Assembly (NCBI GenBank): GCA_035084275.1
Contig: CM068746.1
Span: forward strand, 39,308,001 to 39,372,000
Source of the DNA: Hydrolagus colliei
Taxonomy: Eukaryota
DNA length: 64,000 bases
Direction of reading: 5' to 3'
In this document: positions 49,345 to 60,012 of the stretch, in pieces
How the letters are laid out: each line of letters starts with the position of its first letter
Numbering within the stretch: the stretch's first letter is position 1
Translations under genes and position numbers: made by a program
The notes under the pieces: model-generated
Told to the model about the DNA's origin: nothing
The model's input: only the letters and a program-made list of their open reading frames with translations
Databases searched by the model: none

Positions 49345-50166
49345 ACATCGGGCGCTGCCAGCCTCAACATCCAAGGCTGCACTCTCCACCTCACAAAGCC
49401 AATCAGGAACCTCGGCATCATGTTCGATCAAAAACTTTCCTTCCTCCCCCACATCCGCACCTTGACCGGCACCACCTATTTCCATCTGCGCAACATTGCC
49501 AGGCTCTGCAACTATCTTACCCCCCGCGCTGCCGAAACACTTGTGCACGCATACATCACCTCACGGCTGGATTACGGAAATTCTCTCCTAGTTGGCCTCC
49601 CCAGTTCCTCCATTCACAGGCTGCAGGCCATCCAAAACTCTGCAGCCCGTGTACTATCCCGCACCCGCCTCCGCGACCACATAACCCCCACCCTCGCCCG
49701 TCTCCACTGGCTCCCCATCCTCCAGAGGATCGAGTTCAAGATCCTCGTCCTCACCTACAAGGCCTTACACGGCCTTGCCCCGCCCTATTTAACCGATTTA
49801 CTCTCCCCCTACACGCCCACCCGGACCCTCCGTTCATCAGGACTTGGCCTGCTCCAAGCCCCCCGCCCGAACTGCCCCACCATCGGAGGCCGGGCCTTCA
49901 GTTTCTCCGCTCCCACCCTATGGAATGCCATCCCTCAATCCCTCCGTTTCGTCTCTTCCCTTTCCTCTTTCAAGGCCGGTTTGAAGACTTTCCTCTTCGA
50001 TCGTGCCTTTTGTTCCACCCCGAACTCTTTTACCTCCCCTTCGTGTTTCACCCCTTCCCAAACACTCCCCTCCCAGCTCGGGTCACACGCCTCCTGTGCA
50101 GCGCCTTGGGACGTCCTCCCGACGTGAAAGGCGCTCTATAAATGTAATTTGTTGTTGTTGTTGTTG
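49345..50166 (+). mobile_element. Young 5'-truncated L2 LINE with uninterrupted ORF2 C-terminus
   Basis: ORF 49420..50127 (RNLGIMFD..YFHLRNIARL..SRLDYGNSLL..LQAIQNSAAR..LHWLPI..FKILVLTYKALHGLAPPYL..LWNAIP); terminal stem-loop and (TTG)n tail. Confidence 0.95.
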
Positions 50167-50531
50167 TCTTTCAAATGGAAGTGTGAGCAGGATTGTGGAA
50201 TACTTGTGACATCCAGTCCATATTTGGAAAAGCTTTTTCTTTTGAACTATATTTTGAAGGATTCGGTTAAAGGGCAGCACACTCCTGAATTAAGACTGGA
50301 CCACCATAAATTTTGCAGTTAAATGGCCTTGCATGTTAGAGCTAATACAATTTCAGGCTTGAAAGTCTTCAAATATGATTAGTTTTAACATGCGTGTAGT
50401 GAATATATGATACAGTATTGTATGAATAATATATATGTTTAACTATATTCTGTTGCATTTTTATTATAATATATTGTATTATAAATGTAATCTTCCCTCC
50501 TTTTCATTTTGCAAGCACAGGTCTTGTAACT

Positions 50532-50890
50532 NNNNNNNNNNNNNNNNNNNNNNNNNNNNNNNNNNNNNNNNNNNNNNNNNNNNNNNNNNNNNNNNNNNNN
50601 NNNNNNNNNNNNNNNNNNNNNNNNNNNNNNNNNNNNNNNNNNNNNNNNNNNNNNNNNNNNNNNNNNNNNNNNNNNNNNNNNNNNNNNNNNNNNNNNNNNN
50701 NNNNNNNNNNNNNNNNNNNNNNNNNNNNNNNNNNNNNNNNNNNNNNNNNNNNNNNNNNNNNNNNNNNNNNNNNNNNNNNNNNNNNNNNNNNNNNNNNNNN
50801 NNNNNNNNNNNNNNNNNNNNNNNNNNNNNNNNNNNNNNNNNNNNNNNNNNNNNNNNNNNNNNNNNNNNNNNNNNNNNNNNNNNNNNNNNN
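50532..50890. other. Assembly gap (N run)
   Basis: 359 N; hides most of the polypyrimidine tract of exon 50903. Confidence 1.
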
Positions 50891-50902
50891 CAATCCTTTC
50901 AG

Positions 50903-51039
50903 CGCCCCACTCTGACCAATCTGATGCCAACAAAGGGCCCGGTATCAGGCGGAACAATGGTCACAATAAGGGGCAGTAACCTGGATGCCGGAAGTAGTGT
51001 GTCAGTCATGTTCGGAGACCAGCCGTGCGAGTTTGACAG
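50903..51039 (+). CDS. PLXNA4: Plexin-A4 exon (IPT4): RPTLTNLMPTKGPVSGGTMVTIRGSNLDAGSSVSVMFGDQPCEFD
   Basis: cctttcag| acceptor 12 nt after an N gap, |gtcggt donor, 137 nt, phase 0 to 2. Confidence 0.92.
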
Positions 51040-51046
51040 GTCGGTG

Positions 51047-51390
51047 CAACAACAACAACAAAATTGCACTTATACAGCGCCTTTCACATCGGGAGGACGT
51101 CCCAAAGCGCTGAACAGTCAGGCCGGGACTCGAGCGGGGGGGTGGGTAGAGTCAGGTTAGGGGGAAGGGGAAGGAGAGTGGGAGAGGGGGAAGAGTTAGT
51201 GGGGCAGCCGAAGGCGCGGTCGAAGAGGAAGGTCTTGAGACCGGCCTTGAAGAAGGAAAGGGAGGAAGCGAGGCAGAGGGGCTGCGGGATGGAGTTCCAC
51301 AGTGTGGGAGCAGAGATGGGCGAGGGTGGGGGTGATGTGATCGCGAAGCCTGGTACGGGAGAGAACATGAGCTGCGGTGGACTGTAAGAG
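51047..51390 (-). mobile_element. L2 LINE 3' fragment, internally deleted
   Basis: Antisense remnants LSRTRLRDHITPTLA and SAPTLWNSIPQPL..FKAGLKTFLFDRAF; (CAA)n end next to the exon donor. Confidence 0.88.
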
Positions 51391-51984
51391 GTGCACTTTA
51401 AAAGGACCAACAGTTTGTCGAATTGCTCTTTATCCCATGCAAAGGGTGTGGGTAATCAGATAGTTGGCATTTTTCGCCCACAACATACACACTCACAGAC
51501 GTTTCAATGGCGCTATAACAAATGCAAGGATTATTATTTTTTATTGAAGCATTTGCCTTTGGAATTACTAGGGTAACATACGTTTATGGTACAATGCAGT
51601 TTACATTTCAAATCGGGCGGACGCCTCAAAGCGCTTCACAGTGCTTGATGAAAACCCAAACAAGGAGTGCGAGCTGAAGGGTGGGGGGGGGGGGGTGGGG
51701 AGTGGTAATGATAGGGAGAGATGGCTAAAGATGCGGGTCAAAGAGGAAAGTCTTGAGATGGACCTTCGAAGAGGTGAGGGAGGGCCAAATTACAGAGAGC
51801 GAGGACAGAAAGCCTGATGGCCTAACCTCCGATGGAGGGATGGGGGAGATACGAAGCAGATCAGGGACTGCTGAACAGAAGGAGTGGGTCAGGGTCTTTG
51901 GGGAGAGGTCACCAGTGGGGTGGGGGGGGAAACGGATGTACCATAATCTTGTTCCTATGAAACCAACCTGTGCCTTTGTCTAAT

Positions 51985-52165
51985 ACTTTCTGGAATTAGG
52001 TAAGCAGGTCGCAACACTCTAGGGAGAGAGTGCAAATTTCATTCCGACAATCTATCTGTGGGATTTCCAAGTGTGGGTGGGAGGCGTGGAATGCTCAGCT
52101 TGGTTAGGATACTCAGACAGACGGTGACGGATTTCCATCTGTGTCAGACACCCGGCTGACCCCAC
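51985..52165 (-). repeat. Unclassified dispersed repeat copy (5' part)
   Basis: Reverse complement GGGTCAGCCGGGTGTCTGACACAGATGGAAATCC matches 58579. Confidence 0.7.
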
Positions 52166-52204
52166 AAAAAATGTTGACATGAATCTCTTTGGGCCCCGTA
52201 ACAG

Positions 52205-52372
52205 GAGATTTGGGGGTGAGATCGTTTGCAGCTCCACCACCTCACCACAGGGCCCGGGGAACGTCAGTGTGTCGGTGGGGGTGGACAACGCACGCATCAG
52301 GGAACAGCTGCGATTCGAATACGTGGAGGATCCGACCATCCACAGGGTCGAGCCGGACTGGAGCATCGTCAG
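52205..52372 (+). CDS. PLXNA4: Plexin-A4 exon (IPT4/5): RFGGEIVCSSTTSPQGPGNVSVSVGVDNARIREQLRFEYVEDPTIHRVEPDWSIV
   Basis: taacag| acceptor, |gtaatt donor, 168 nt, phase 2 to 2. Confidence 0.92.
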
Positions 52373-52379
52373 GTAATTA

Positions 52380-53113
52380 TCATAACCAATTGGGTCACTT
52401 CAAACCACAACGGTTTGTAGGACACTGCTGTGCGCAATTGACTGCCGCGATTCCTCCCACCAAATATGCAGTCAGTTCACTTCACGGTATATCCTGTGAA
52501 ACCTTTTGAGAGGTCAAGAAGGCATGATGATAATAATAATAATAATTGCTGGATTGGATATAGCGCTTTTTCACATATTCTAGATGTCTCAAAGCACTTC
52601 GTAGAATATACTGTAAAGTGAATTGACTGTATGTTTGTGGGCGAAACACGATGGGTAATTGCGCTGAGGTGTCCCACAAACAGTTGTGGATCAAAGTGAC
52701 CAATTTATTATTTTTTTTGTACTTCTTGAGGGATTATTATCAGCCGTGTGGAGTAAGGCAACTTGCCCAAGGTTTTGACCTGCCGGGAATCAAACCCAGA
52801 TCCTCTCGCTAGTAAGGCAAGTGCACTAACCGCTGAGATACAAAACTCCACGAGTGATAAGGCACTATTTCAAATGCCAGGATTATTATTACTATTATTA
52901 TAACTTTTTATACTATTATAACTATTGTTACATTAAAAATTGGTCATTTCATCCCTCACCTGTTTGTGGGACACTGCTGTGCGCAATTGGCTGCCATGTT
53001 TCGCCCACAGTTGTACAGTCAATTCACTTTACAGTATATTCTGTGAAGCGCTTTGAGACGTCCAGAAGACGTGAAAAGCGCTACATCGAATGCAAGGATT
53101 ATTATTGTTATTA
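52380..53113. mobile_element. Three SINE copies (+, nested -, +) filling an 801-nt intron
   Basis: + 52380-52528 resuming 52854-52900; - 52530-52850; + 52935-53113. Confidence 0.85.
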
Positions 53114-53173
53114 TCTGACAATGGATTTTGTGTTGGAGTGAGTTCAGCAAACGCTTTTCTTCTCGTTTCCTAG

Positions 53174-53267
53174 TGGCAGCACGCCCGTGACAGTGTGGGG
53201 GACTAACCTGGACATCATTCAGCACCCCAAAATCCGAGCCAAGCACAGCGGAGTGGAAACCATTAAC
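53174..53267 (+). CDS. PLXNA4: Plexin-A4 exon (IPT5): GSTPVTVWGTNLDIIQHPKIRAKHSGVETIN
   Basis: tttcctag| acceptor, |gtacgt donor, 94 nt, phase 2 to 0. Confidence 0.94.
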
Positions 53268-55916
53268 GTACGTACAAGTACTTTGTGTTTAGTCATTGCT
53301 GTGCTTTTCCTTCCTGCAAAGCACACAGTCACCGCACCACTTTACCACAAAAATCACGTTGAAGAGGTTTGCGAAACTCCCCCTCCCAACCCCCTGCCCC
53401 CACCCCCTACGTGAAAGGTGCTATATCAAATGCAAAGATAGTTTGATGCTTCTGTGGTTTTCATTTTCCTACCCCACCGCCCCAATCCACAAACCACCAT
53501 TTCATGTTTTTGTTTAGGATTTCCAGCATCTTCAGTATTTTGAGTTTTTGTTCACCTTTTTAATGTTCTTTGACTCTTTCCAATAATTCTTCCGAAAGAT
53601 AGATGGTAATAAAAAAAAATGTTGTGGGATAAAAAAATATATTATTTTTTTTGCCAACAAAATACACACGTCAGTTCACTTCACAGTATATCCTGTGAAG
53701 CGCTTTGAGACATCTCAAATGCAAGGATTATTATTATTATTACTATTTGCTTGCGTTGACCATTTGCCCTGTGAGCAGGTGGCTGTTCAAAGGAGTTATG
53801 TTAAACAGGCTTTTGGAGATGCAACAGAGCATCGGAAATCACAGTAACAGTTTTTGCCTGAAGCGCTGGTTGAAGCAGATAGTATAGCTGCATTTAAGAG
53901 GAAGTTAGATATAGAGGTGACGGAGAAGAGAATAGAATGGTTTGGGAGGGAATAAGGAATGGATGGAGTACAGTCATAAAGTATGGACTACAGTAAATGC
54001 CTGAAAATCAGCCTTGTCTTAACTTATCACTAAGGCTTAAGTCACTGCTGTCACTAACCCAGCCACATTTTTTGATGTATTGATACAAATGTCTCACTGC
54101 CACTCCCGATAACCAGTCACTGAGCCCTTTCTCCTTGGAGTTACCGATTATTGGGATGAATGTCCCAATGTTTTTCCGTGCGGCACAGTGCGGGTAAATC
54201 TGTGCAGGTAGACCAATTGGTTCATCTCACCTACTCACCCAATGTCCCCAAAACACATTCCCGTCTGATCTTCAGATATTCTCCAATGTTTTCCATTCCC
54301 AAGAATTCCTTCCCCTTTTCTTCCTTGTGATATCGCTTGTAGTTCATCTTCCCTCTGACCAGCAGTAGCCACTTTATGGACATATCTCGAATGGTGGAAT
54401 TGAGAGGTTGAGAGGATGTTTGGAATGGGCACGAAGGCTAAACAACTGGAGTGTCGCATCCTGATTCCAGAAAGCATTAGACACAGGTTGGCAAGAGCCA
54501 AGGCTCGGGGATCCTAGAGTGGAAAGGTTCATTGAGTGTTTGCGGCTCTGAAGGTGGCCATTGGGACCACCGTGCTAGTGACAATGTCAGCTCTCCCAAA
54601 GGAGCTGTTGGCTTTAATCCCATTGCCTCCTGCGCTTTCCCCCACAGACCTCCCTTATGTTCCTAATAGTCTTAAAGCAGGAACTGTGAGGTCTTGCTGT
54701 GTTCATCTACAGAAAGCGATCAGATCTCCTTAACATCACAGTGCTTGCAGTGCACAGCTCTCTATTGCGCTAAGTGGATTTCATTAGCTCCATGTTTGCA
54801 CTGATGGATGCAGTTTAATATCAGTCCTGACATCTACTATCTGTGCAGAGTCTCTCCCAGGCAGTTATGGATTGGTCAGAATACATTACTAATCCACTAT
54901 AAGGTGTCTTGACATGATTATGTTTTCATATTCTCTGAATATTTTATATACAGTGATGTGTTACACGCTAACCCATTTAGATAATCCCTTTCTAATCTTG
55001 GCCATGCCAGCAAATTTTTGCCTTGAGTGTAATTTGCACCATTAGATATGAAGCTGCGATGTTATAGTAGGTAATAACACAGCCATTACACTATCTCCGT
55101 TCGCATTGTAACCAATTCCTTGTTCATTTGTTCCGTGTTGTATTTCACTGTTGTTCAATCATTATCAATATTCAGTGGAGCCCATTTATCAGACGCTGAT
55201 CTCTGCAACTCTACCAAACTGTACGTAGAGATAAAGCACTAATGATCAAATTGACTTCTGTTTTCAATGAGAAATCTTCATGAAGCTTCAATACCCAGAG
55301 GTCAACGCCAAGATAGGAATGTGTAGAAGGGAAGGCGAGATAGATAACACCAATCTTAGCTTTTGAAGCTGGAATATAATCTTTGAATTTGCATTTGTTG
55401 AAGGGCCTTATCACATCATTGAGACATGTCATAGCACTTCACAGAATATACTGTATAGTGGAGTGACCGTGTATTTTAAGCGTGCCCACAACTGTCTTTC
55501 ACAAACAGCCATGTAGTGAGCGAATTTTTTAGAATTTTATAACACATTCAACTTGCCAACTACAACAAGATTTTTATAATACACAAAATATTAATTAACA
55601 TACAGAAATGGAAGGTGGTTTCATGGATATTAATAAAACATTAATATTAATGATATCAATAGGATATTGTTGGAGAATGAGGAAGGAAATTAGTCTCGCA
55701 ATCTTGAGTCCTGGAAATGAACAAGTTCAGATAGGAGATGGTGGATTGGTATCTGATTTCAACTCAACTGGGGTACAGGGGGAGTGTTTTGGACAATATA
55801 TTTGGAGCATGACCTTGGATTATTGTCTCCACCTCTTCAACATTGGAGCATCAGCCTAGGTCATGCAAATTGAATAATAATCCTTGCATTTGATACAGCA
55901 AATTATGACTTTGTCA

Positions 55917-56055
55917 AGATCGATCAATCGATCGATCAATCAAAATTTACACTTATATAGCGCCTTTCATGTCGAGAGGACGTCCCAAAGCGCTGTACAG
56001 TCAGGTGGGAACAAGGGCAGGGGTGGGGAGGAGGAGGGGCAGGCTGAAGAAGAGT
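55917..56055 (-). mobile_element. L2 3' end with (TTGA/TCGA)n tail
   Basis: GATCGATCAATCGATCGATCAATCAAAATTTACACTTATATAGCGCCTTTCATGTCGAGAGGACGTCCCAAAGCGCTG. Confidence 0.8.
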
Positions 56056-56926
56056 AGGAAGATTGACTGCATATTTGTGGGCGAATGTTTTCAAAGTGTT
56101 TCAAAGAATATTTTGTAAGGTGGGTTGACTGTGTACTTTTGTGAGCGAAACAAAGTTCGAGTCCTGATGTGGGGCTTGCTGACCTCAGAATGGAGAGTGC
56201 CACCACCTGAGCCGAGCCAGGCTGACACCACCTAAGTAAAAAGTGAAGAGTATTTTCTCTCTGGCAGGAATGGGAACATAGGGCTTTTGTCAGTACCTAT
56301 GGAGCCATTATTCATCACAAGTCGCTAATCCCCGGAGAGGCAGGATGGAAATTGGGGGAGAATAAAAACAGCTCCATAAAATTCAACAAGGTTACCTGGA
56401 GATTACTGATATCTCTGTCTGTTTTATTCATTTTCTATTCTGCATTATTTATAGGTGTGCTTCTCAAAGTTTTACCATGCCGCTTGCAGTTGGTAGCGTT
56501 TACACGTCAGGCAATGCGGAATGTCACATCCAGATCGAATCTCAGTGAAGGCTCATTCTGTGGAAAGGCACGGGATACGGGATTAGGGATCAGAGATTGG
56601 TAGCGAATCTTTACACTCACCTCACGTTTCCACAATATGCACAGAAAGGCATTGCTGCTTTAATGACCCACCGAGAGAAGATCAAATGCAGGTGCAGTTA
56701 TAAATAACAAGCGAAAAATAAATCCTTCCATACATAGTTTCCGCACATCCTGATGTTTTATGGAGGACAGTGTTCAGGAATTGCAGAATAAACGAATCGA
56801 CTTAAATATAAGTTAATCAGTGGTAGATCGAATAGAGAGTTTCGGAAGAACTTCTTCAAACACGTAGTAGGAATGTGGAGCTCACTGCCGGTAACTGTGG
56901 TTGAAATCAAATGAGTTTGTTTTACA

Positions 56927-57200
56927 GTAACAACAACAACACAATTATTTATATATATATATATATATACACAGCACCTTTCACATTGGGAGGACGTCCC
57001 AAGGCGCTGAACAGTCAGAGCGGAACCTGAGCAAGGGAGAGGGTAGGGGCGGGAGAGAGTTAGGCGGGGAGGGAGAGAGCTGGGAGGGCAGCAGAAGGCA
57101 CGGTCGAAGAGGAGTGGCCGGCCTTGAAGGAGGCGAGGGAGGGAGTGAGGCGAAGAGACTGTGAGATGGAGTTCCTGAGTGTGGAGGCAGAGACGCTGAA
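56927..57200 (-). mobile_element. L2 3' fragment
   Basis: Antisense L2 tail and the LLFDRAF region. Confidence 0.8.
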
Positions 57201-57259
57201 ATGTAAAGCTGGTGTACACTTGAGAGAGAAAGAGCTGTAGCAAATATACCATTAAATAT

Positions 57260-57585
57260 AGTAATAATAATCCTTGCATTTGATATCGCGCCTGATCACG
57301 CAGTTGAGATGTCTCAAAGTACTTCATACGATATACTGTAAAGTGAATTGACCGTATATTTTGTGGGTGAAACGCAGCAAACAATTGTGCACAGGAGTGT
57401 CCCACAAACAATCATGGATTGAATGACCAAATTATTATTATTTCTTTTGAGGGATCATTATCAAGCAATCCACCAATCGACTTAACAATCGGGTTCCTTC
57501 TTACTGGTTAAACAGAAGCAGTGTGGACTAAGGAAACTTTGCTCAGGGAATTGAATCCGGGTCCTCTCTCTTGTAAAACAAGTGT
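57260..57585 (-). mobile_element. tRNA-headed SINE, long variant
   Basis: Antisense SINE ending about 45 nt upstream of the exon 57632 acceptor. Confidence 0.85.
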
Positions 57586-57631
57586 TGTAACATTTCTTTA
57601 CTGTTGTTTGTTTGTGTATTTTTTTAACCAG

Positions 57632-57871
57632 ACATGCACAGTGCACAACCTAACTTCCATGACCTGCCAGGCCCCAGCTCTGGCCATCAGTCAGAACCTA
57701 CAGACTGACAACGTGGAACACCCTGACGAGTTTGGGTTCATCCTGGACAACGTTCAGGGGTTGCTGGTCTACAACAACACCAAGTTCATCTACTACCCCA
57801 ACCCGGTCTTTGAACCTTTCAGTAGCTCGGGGGTCCTGGAACTGAAGCCTGGCTCTCCCATTATGTTGAAG
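57632..57871 (+). CDS. PLXNA4: Plexin-A4 exon (IPT5/6): TCTVHNLTSMTCQAPALA...EFGFILDNVQGLLVYNNTKFIYYPNPVFEPFSSSGVLELKPGSPIMLK
   Basis: taaccag| acceptor, |gtgaga donor, 240 nt, phase 0 to 0. Confidence 0.96.
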
Positions 57872-57995
57872 GTGAGAGGCCTTTTTGGTCACTGCAGCTC
57901 TTATGTCCACTGACTTCTGACCTGGCGTCAGAATAATGGAGAATGATCCTACTTGATGCCTTATTCTTGCTTTGTTTTTTGATCGAAATCCCTAG

Positions 57996-58142
57996 GGTCG
58001 TAACCTCATCCCTCCCGTCACTGCCGGTAACGTGAAGCTGAATTACACGGTGCTGATCGGAGAGAAGCCGTGCACGGTGACGGTGTCCGACACTCAGCTC
58101 CTCTGCGAGTCTCCGAATCTGACCGGACGCCACAAAGTCCTG
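57996..58142 (+). CDS. PLXNA4: Plexin-A4 exon (IPT6): [49 protein letters not shown]
   Basis: ccctag| acceptor after a 124-nt intron, |gtgagt donor, 147 nt, phase 0 to 0. Confidence 0.96.
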
Positions 58143-58344
58143 GTGAGTGGGAGTTGAGCGGGAGGTTCGGCCAACAAAACCTGGGAGTTGGCCTGACCCA
58201 AACTTGCCGCTGCTGCTGCTCAGTGTTCCCATATCGTCTCCATCTCTGTTACAGTGTACGGCATCGCTTCCATCGTGCTATCGGTTACTGGCAGCAGTTT
58301 AAACAACCCTGTTATCTGATGATTAACATTGCACAATTTTTGCA

Positions 58345-58709
58345 TTGATGCAAGCAGGGATTATTCCCACGCAACGTCTGTCAATTCTGCAAGCCAAAAT
58401 CCTAACGGGTAATGTGGCACTAGCTGGACAAGCCTTGTTAGTGGGAAGGCTTGCCAGGCAGTTACTCCCAACAGTAACTAAGCTATGGTAAGCTTTGTGG
58501 TTTTACTGGTTAAATTCCAGCAATTCCCCCAACGCATACTCTGGGGTCCCCGAATCGTGCCTTTAAAATAGTTTTTTAGGGTCAGGCAGGTGTCTGACAT
58601 ACACAGAAATCCCATCACAGTGTTTAAGAGTATCCAAATCCAGCTGAGAATTCTATGGATCCCACCTACACGTGGCAATCCTAGAGATAGATTGTCGGAA
58701 TAGAATGCG

Positions 58710-58781
<72 letters not shown>

Positions 58782-58860
58782 GGATGGACGCAGTCTGTTT
58801 ACCTAATTCCGGAGAGTGTTAGGTGCAAGTTGGCAAGAGCCAAGGCTTGGGGGGAAACCC
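58345..58860. repeat. Unclassified dispersed repeat, rearranged (3' part on -, 5' part on +), containing (CT)n at 58712-58778
   Basis: 58345-58560 is the reverse complement of ~20370-20550; 58579-58860 is collinear with 4901 and 11918. Confidence 0.75.
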
Positions 58861-59361
58861 TTTCAAAATCGAGGTTCAGTCCAACTTTTGGACAATCTTT
58901 CATTTCACTCTTAATTTGTGATCCTTTTCAAGAACTGCAAAAACCCCTCGACTCAAATGAAAATAAAACGCTGCCTCGTCTTAAATTTTGAATTTCAGCC
59001 TCTTAAGGCTAAGATCTTGAGAGATTTTTATTCCTCTGGAGAGGAGTTAATGTAGAAAATATCCCTATCGCTTTTTTTTTATTCTTTCCCTGGGAATTGG
59101 TGCTTGATTGTCTTTCAGACCAGCACCATTTTATTGAAGCTTTGAAGAATAAAACAAAGGAAAGCAGAGACTGTAATATATTCCGGCGTTCCGATGTTAG
59201 AATAGGGACCGCGCGCGAATGTACTTAGAATATTAACTTATTGTGAAATGTTGCTTTTAATCTTTCTGTAAATAATTCATATAATTTAGCCTTAGGCTGC
59301 AAATCCGCAATCAAGTGACTGGCGGCTTTGTTACCTCCTGTCTGTCACTATGTCTTCAGTA

Positions 59362-59400
<39 letters not shown>

Positions 59401-59420
59401 GACTGACTGACCGACTGACT
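59362..59420. repeat. (TCTG)10 then (ACTG)n microsatellite within a degenerate TCTG-rich tract (~59340-59610)
   Basis: Direct inspection. Confidence 0.95.
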
Positions 59421-59777
59421 TTCAGTCTGTTTGATTCTCTGAATCCTGGCTGTCTGACTGTCCAATCAGTTTGTCAGGTGGTCAGGTTTCCTGTGTTTGT
59501 ATGTGAGTTTGTATCTGTCTCTAGGGCTGTCCATCTGTTTCTCTAGTGTCTAGTCTGTTGACCTATCAACCTGACCATTTGTGTGTCGGTTGGCCGTTAT
59601 GTCTGTCCGTCACTGTTAAGCGCTCTGAGACACTACTCGGAGTGGAGGGCGCTATATAAGCGCAAGTCATTCTGATCTGCCTGTTTGCCTACCAGCCAGT
59701 CTATCTTATCAGTGTGTCTGCAAGTTTCTGCCGCTAAGTCTGATCTCTCTCCCCTTCTCCCTTTCCCAACTACCAAG

Positions 59778-60012
59778 GCACGGGTGGGCGGCATGGAGTA
59801 TTCCCCCGGCATTGTGCACATCTTTCCCGACAGCCCGCTGAGTTTCCCAGCTATCATCAGCATCGGAGCCGCCGGTGGCCTCCTCATCATCTTCATCATC
59901 GTGGTGCTGATCGCCTACAAGAGGAAGTCTCGGGAGAGCGATCTAACGCTGAAGAGACTGCAGATGCAGATGGATAACCTGGAGTCCCGGGTAGCTTTGG
60001 AATGCAAAGAAG
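59778..60012 (+). CDS. PLXNA4: Plexin-A4 exon (transmembrane helix and juxtamembrane segment): [78 protein letters not shown]
   Basis: taccaag| acceptor after a pyrimidine tract, |gtagat donor, 235 nt, phase 0 to 1; hydrophobic stretch followed by basic KRKSR. Confidence 0.97.

Noticed and set aside
49302-50141. 279-aa Pro-rich ORF
   Set aside because: It is an alternative frame of the C-rich L2 ORF2 fragment.
52854-53141. Recurrent short ORFs containing [22 protein letters not shown] or QMQGLLLL, resembling a gene family
   Set aside because: They are translations of the SINE 3' body, with stops and frameshifts differing among copies.
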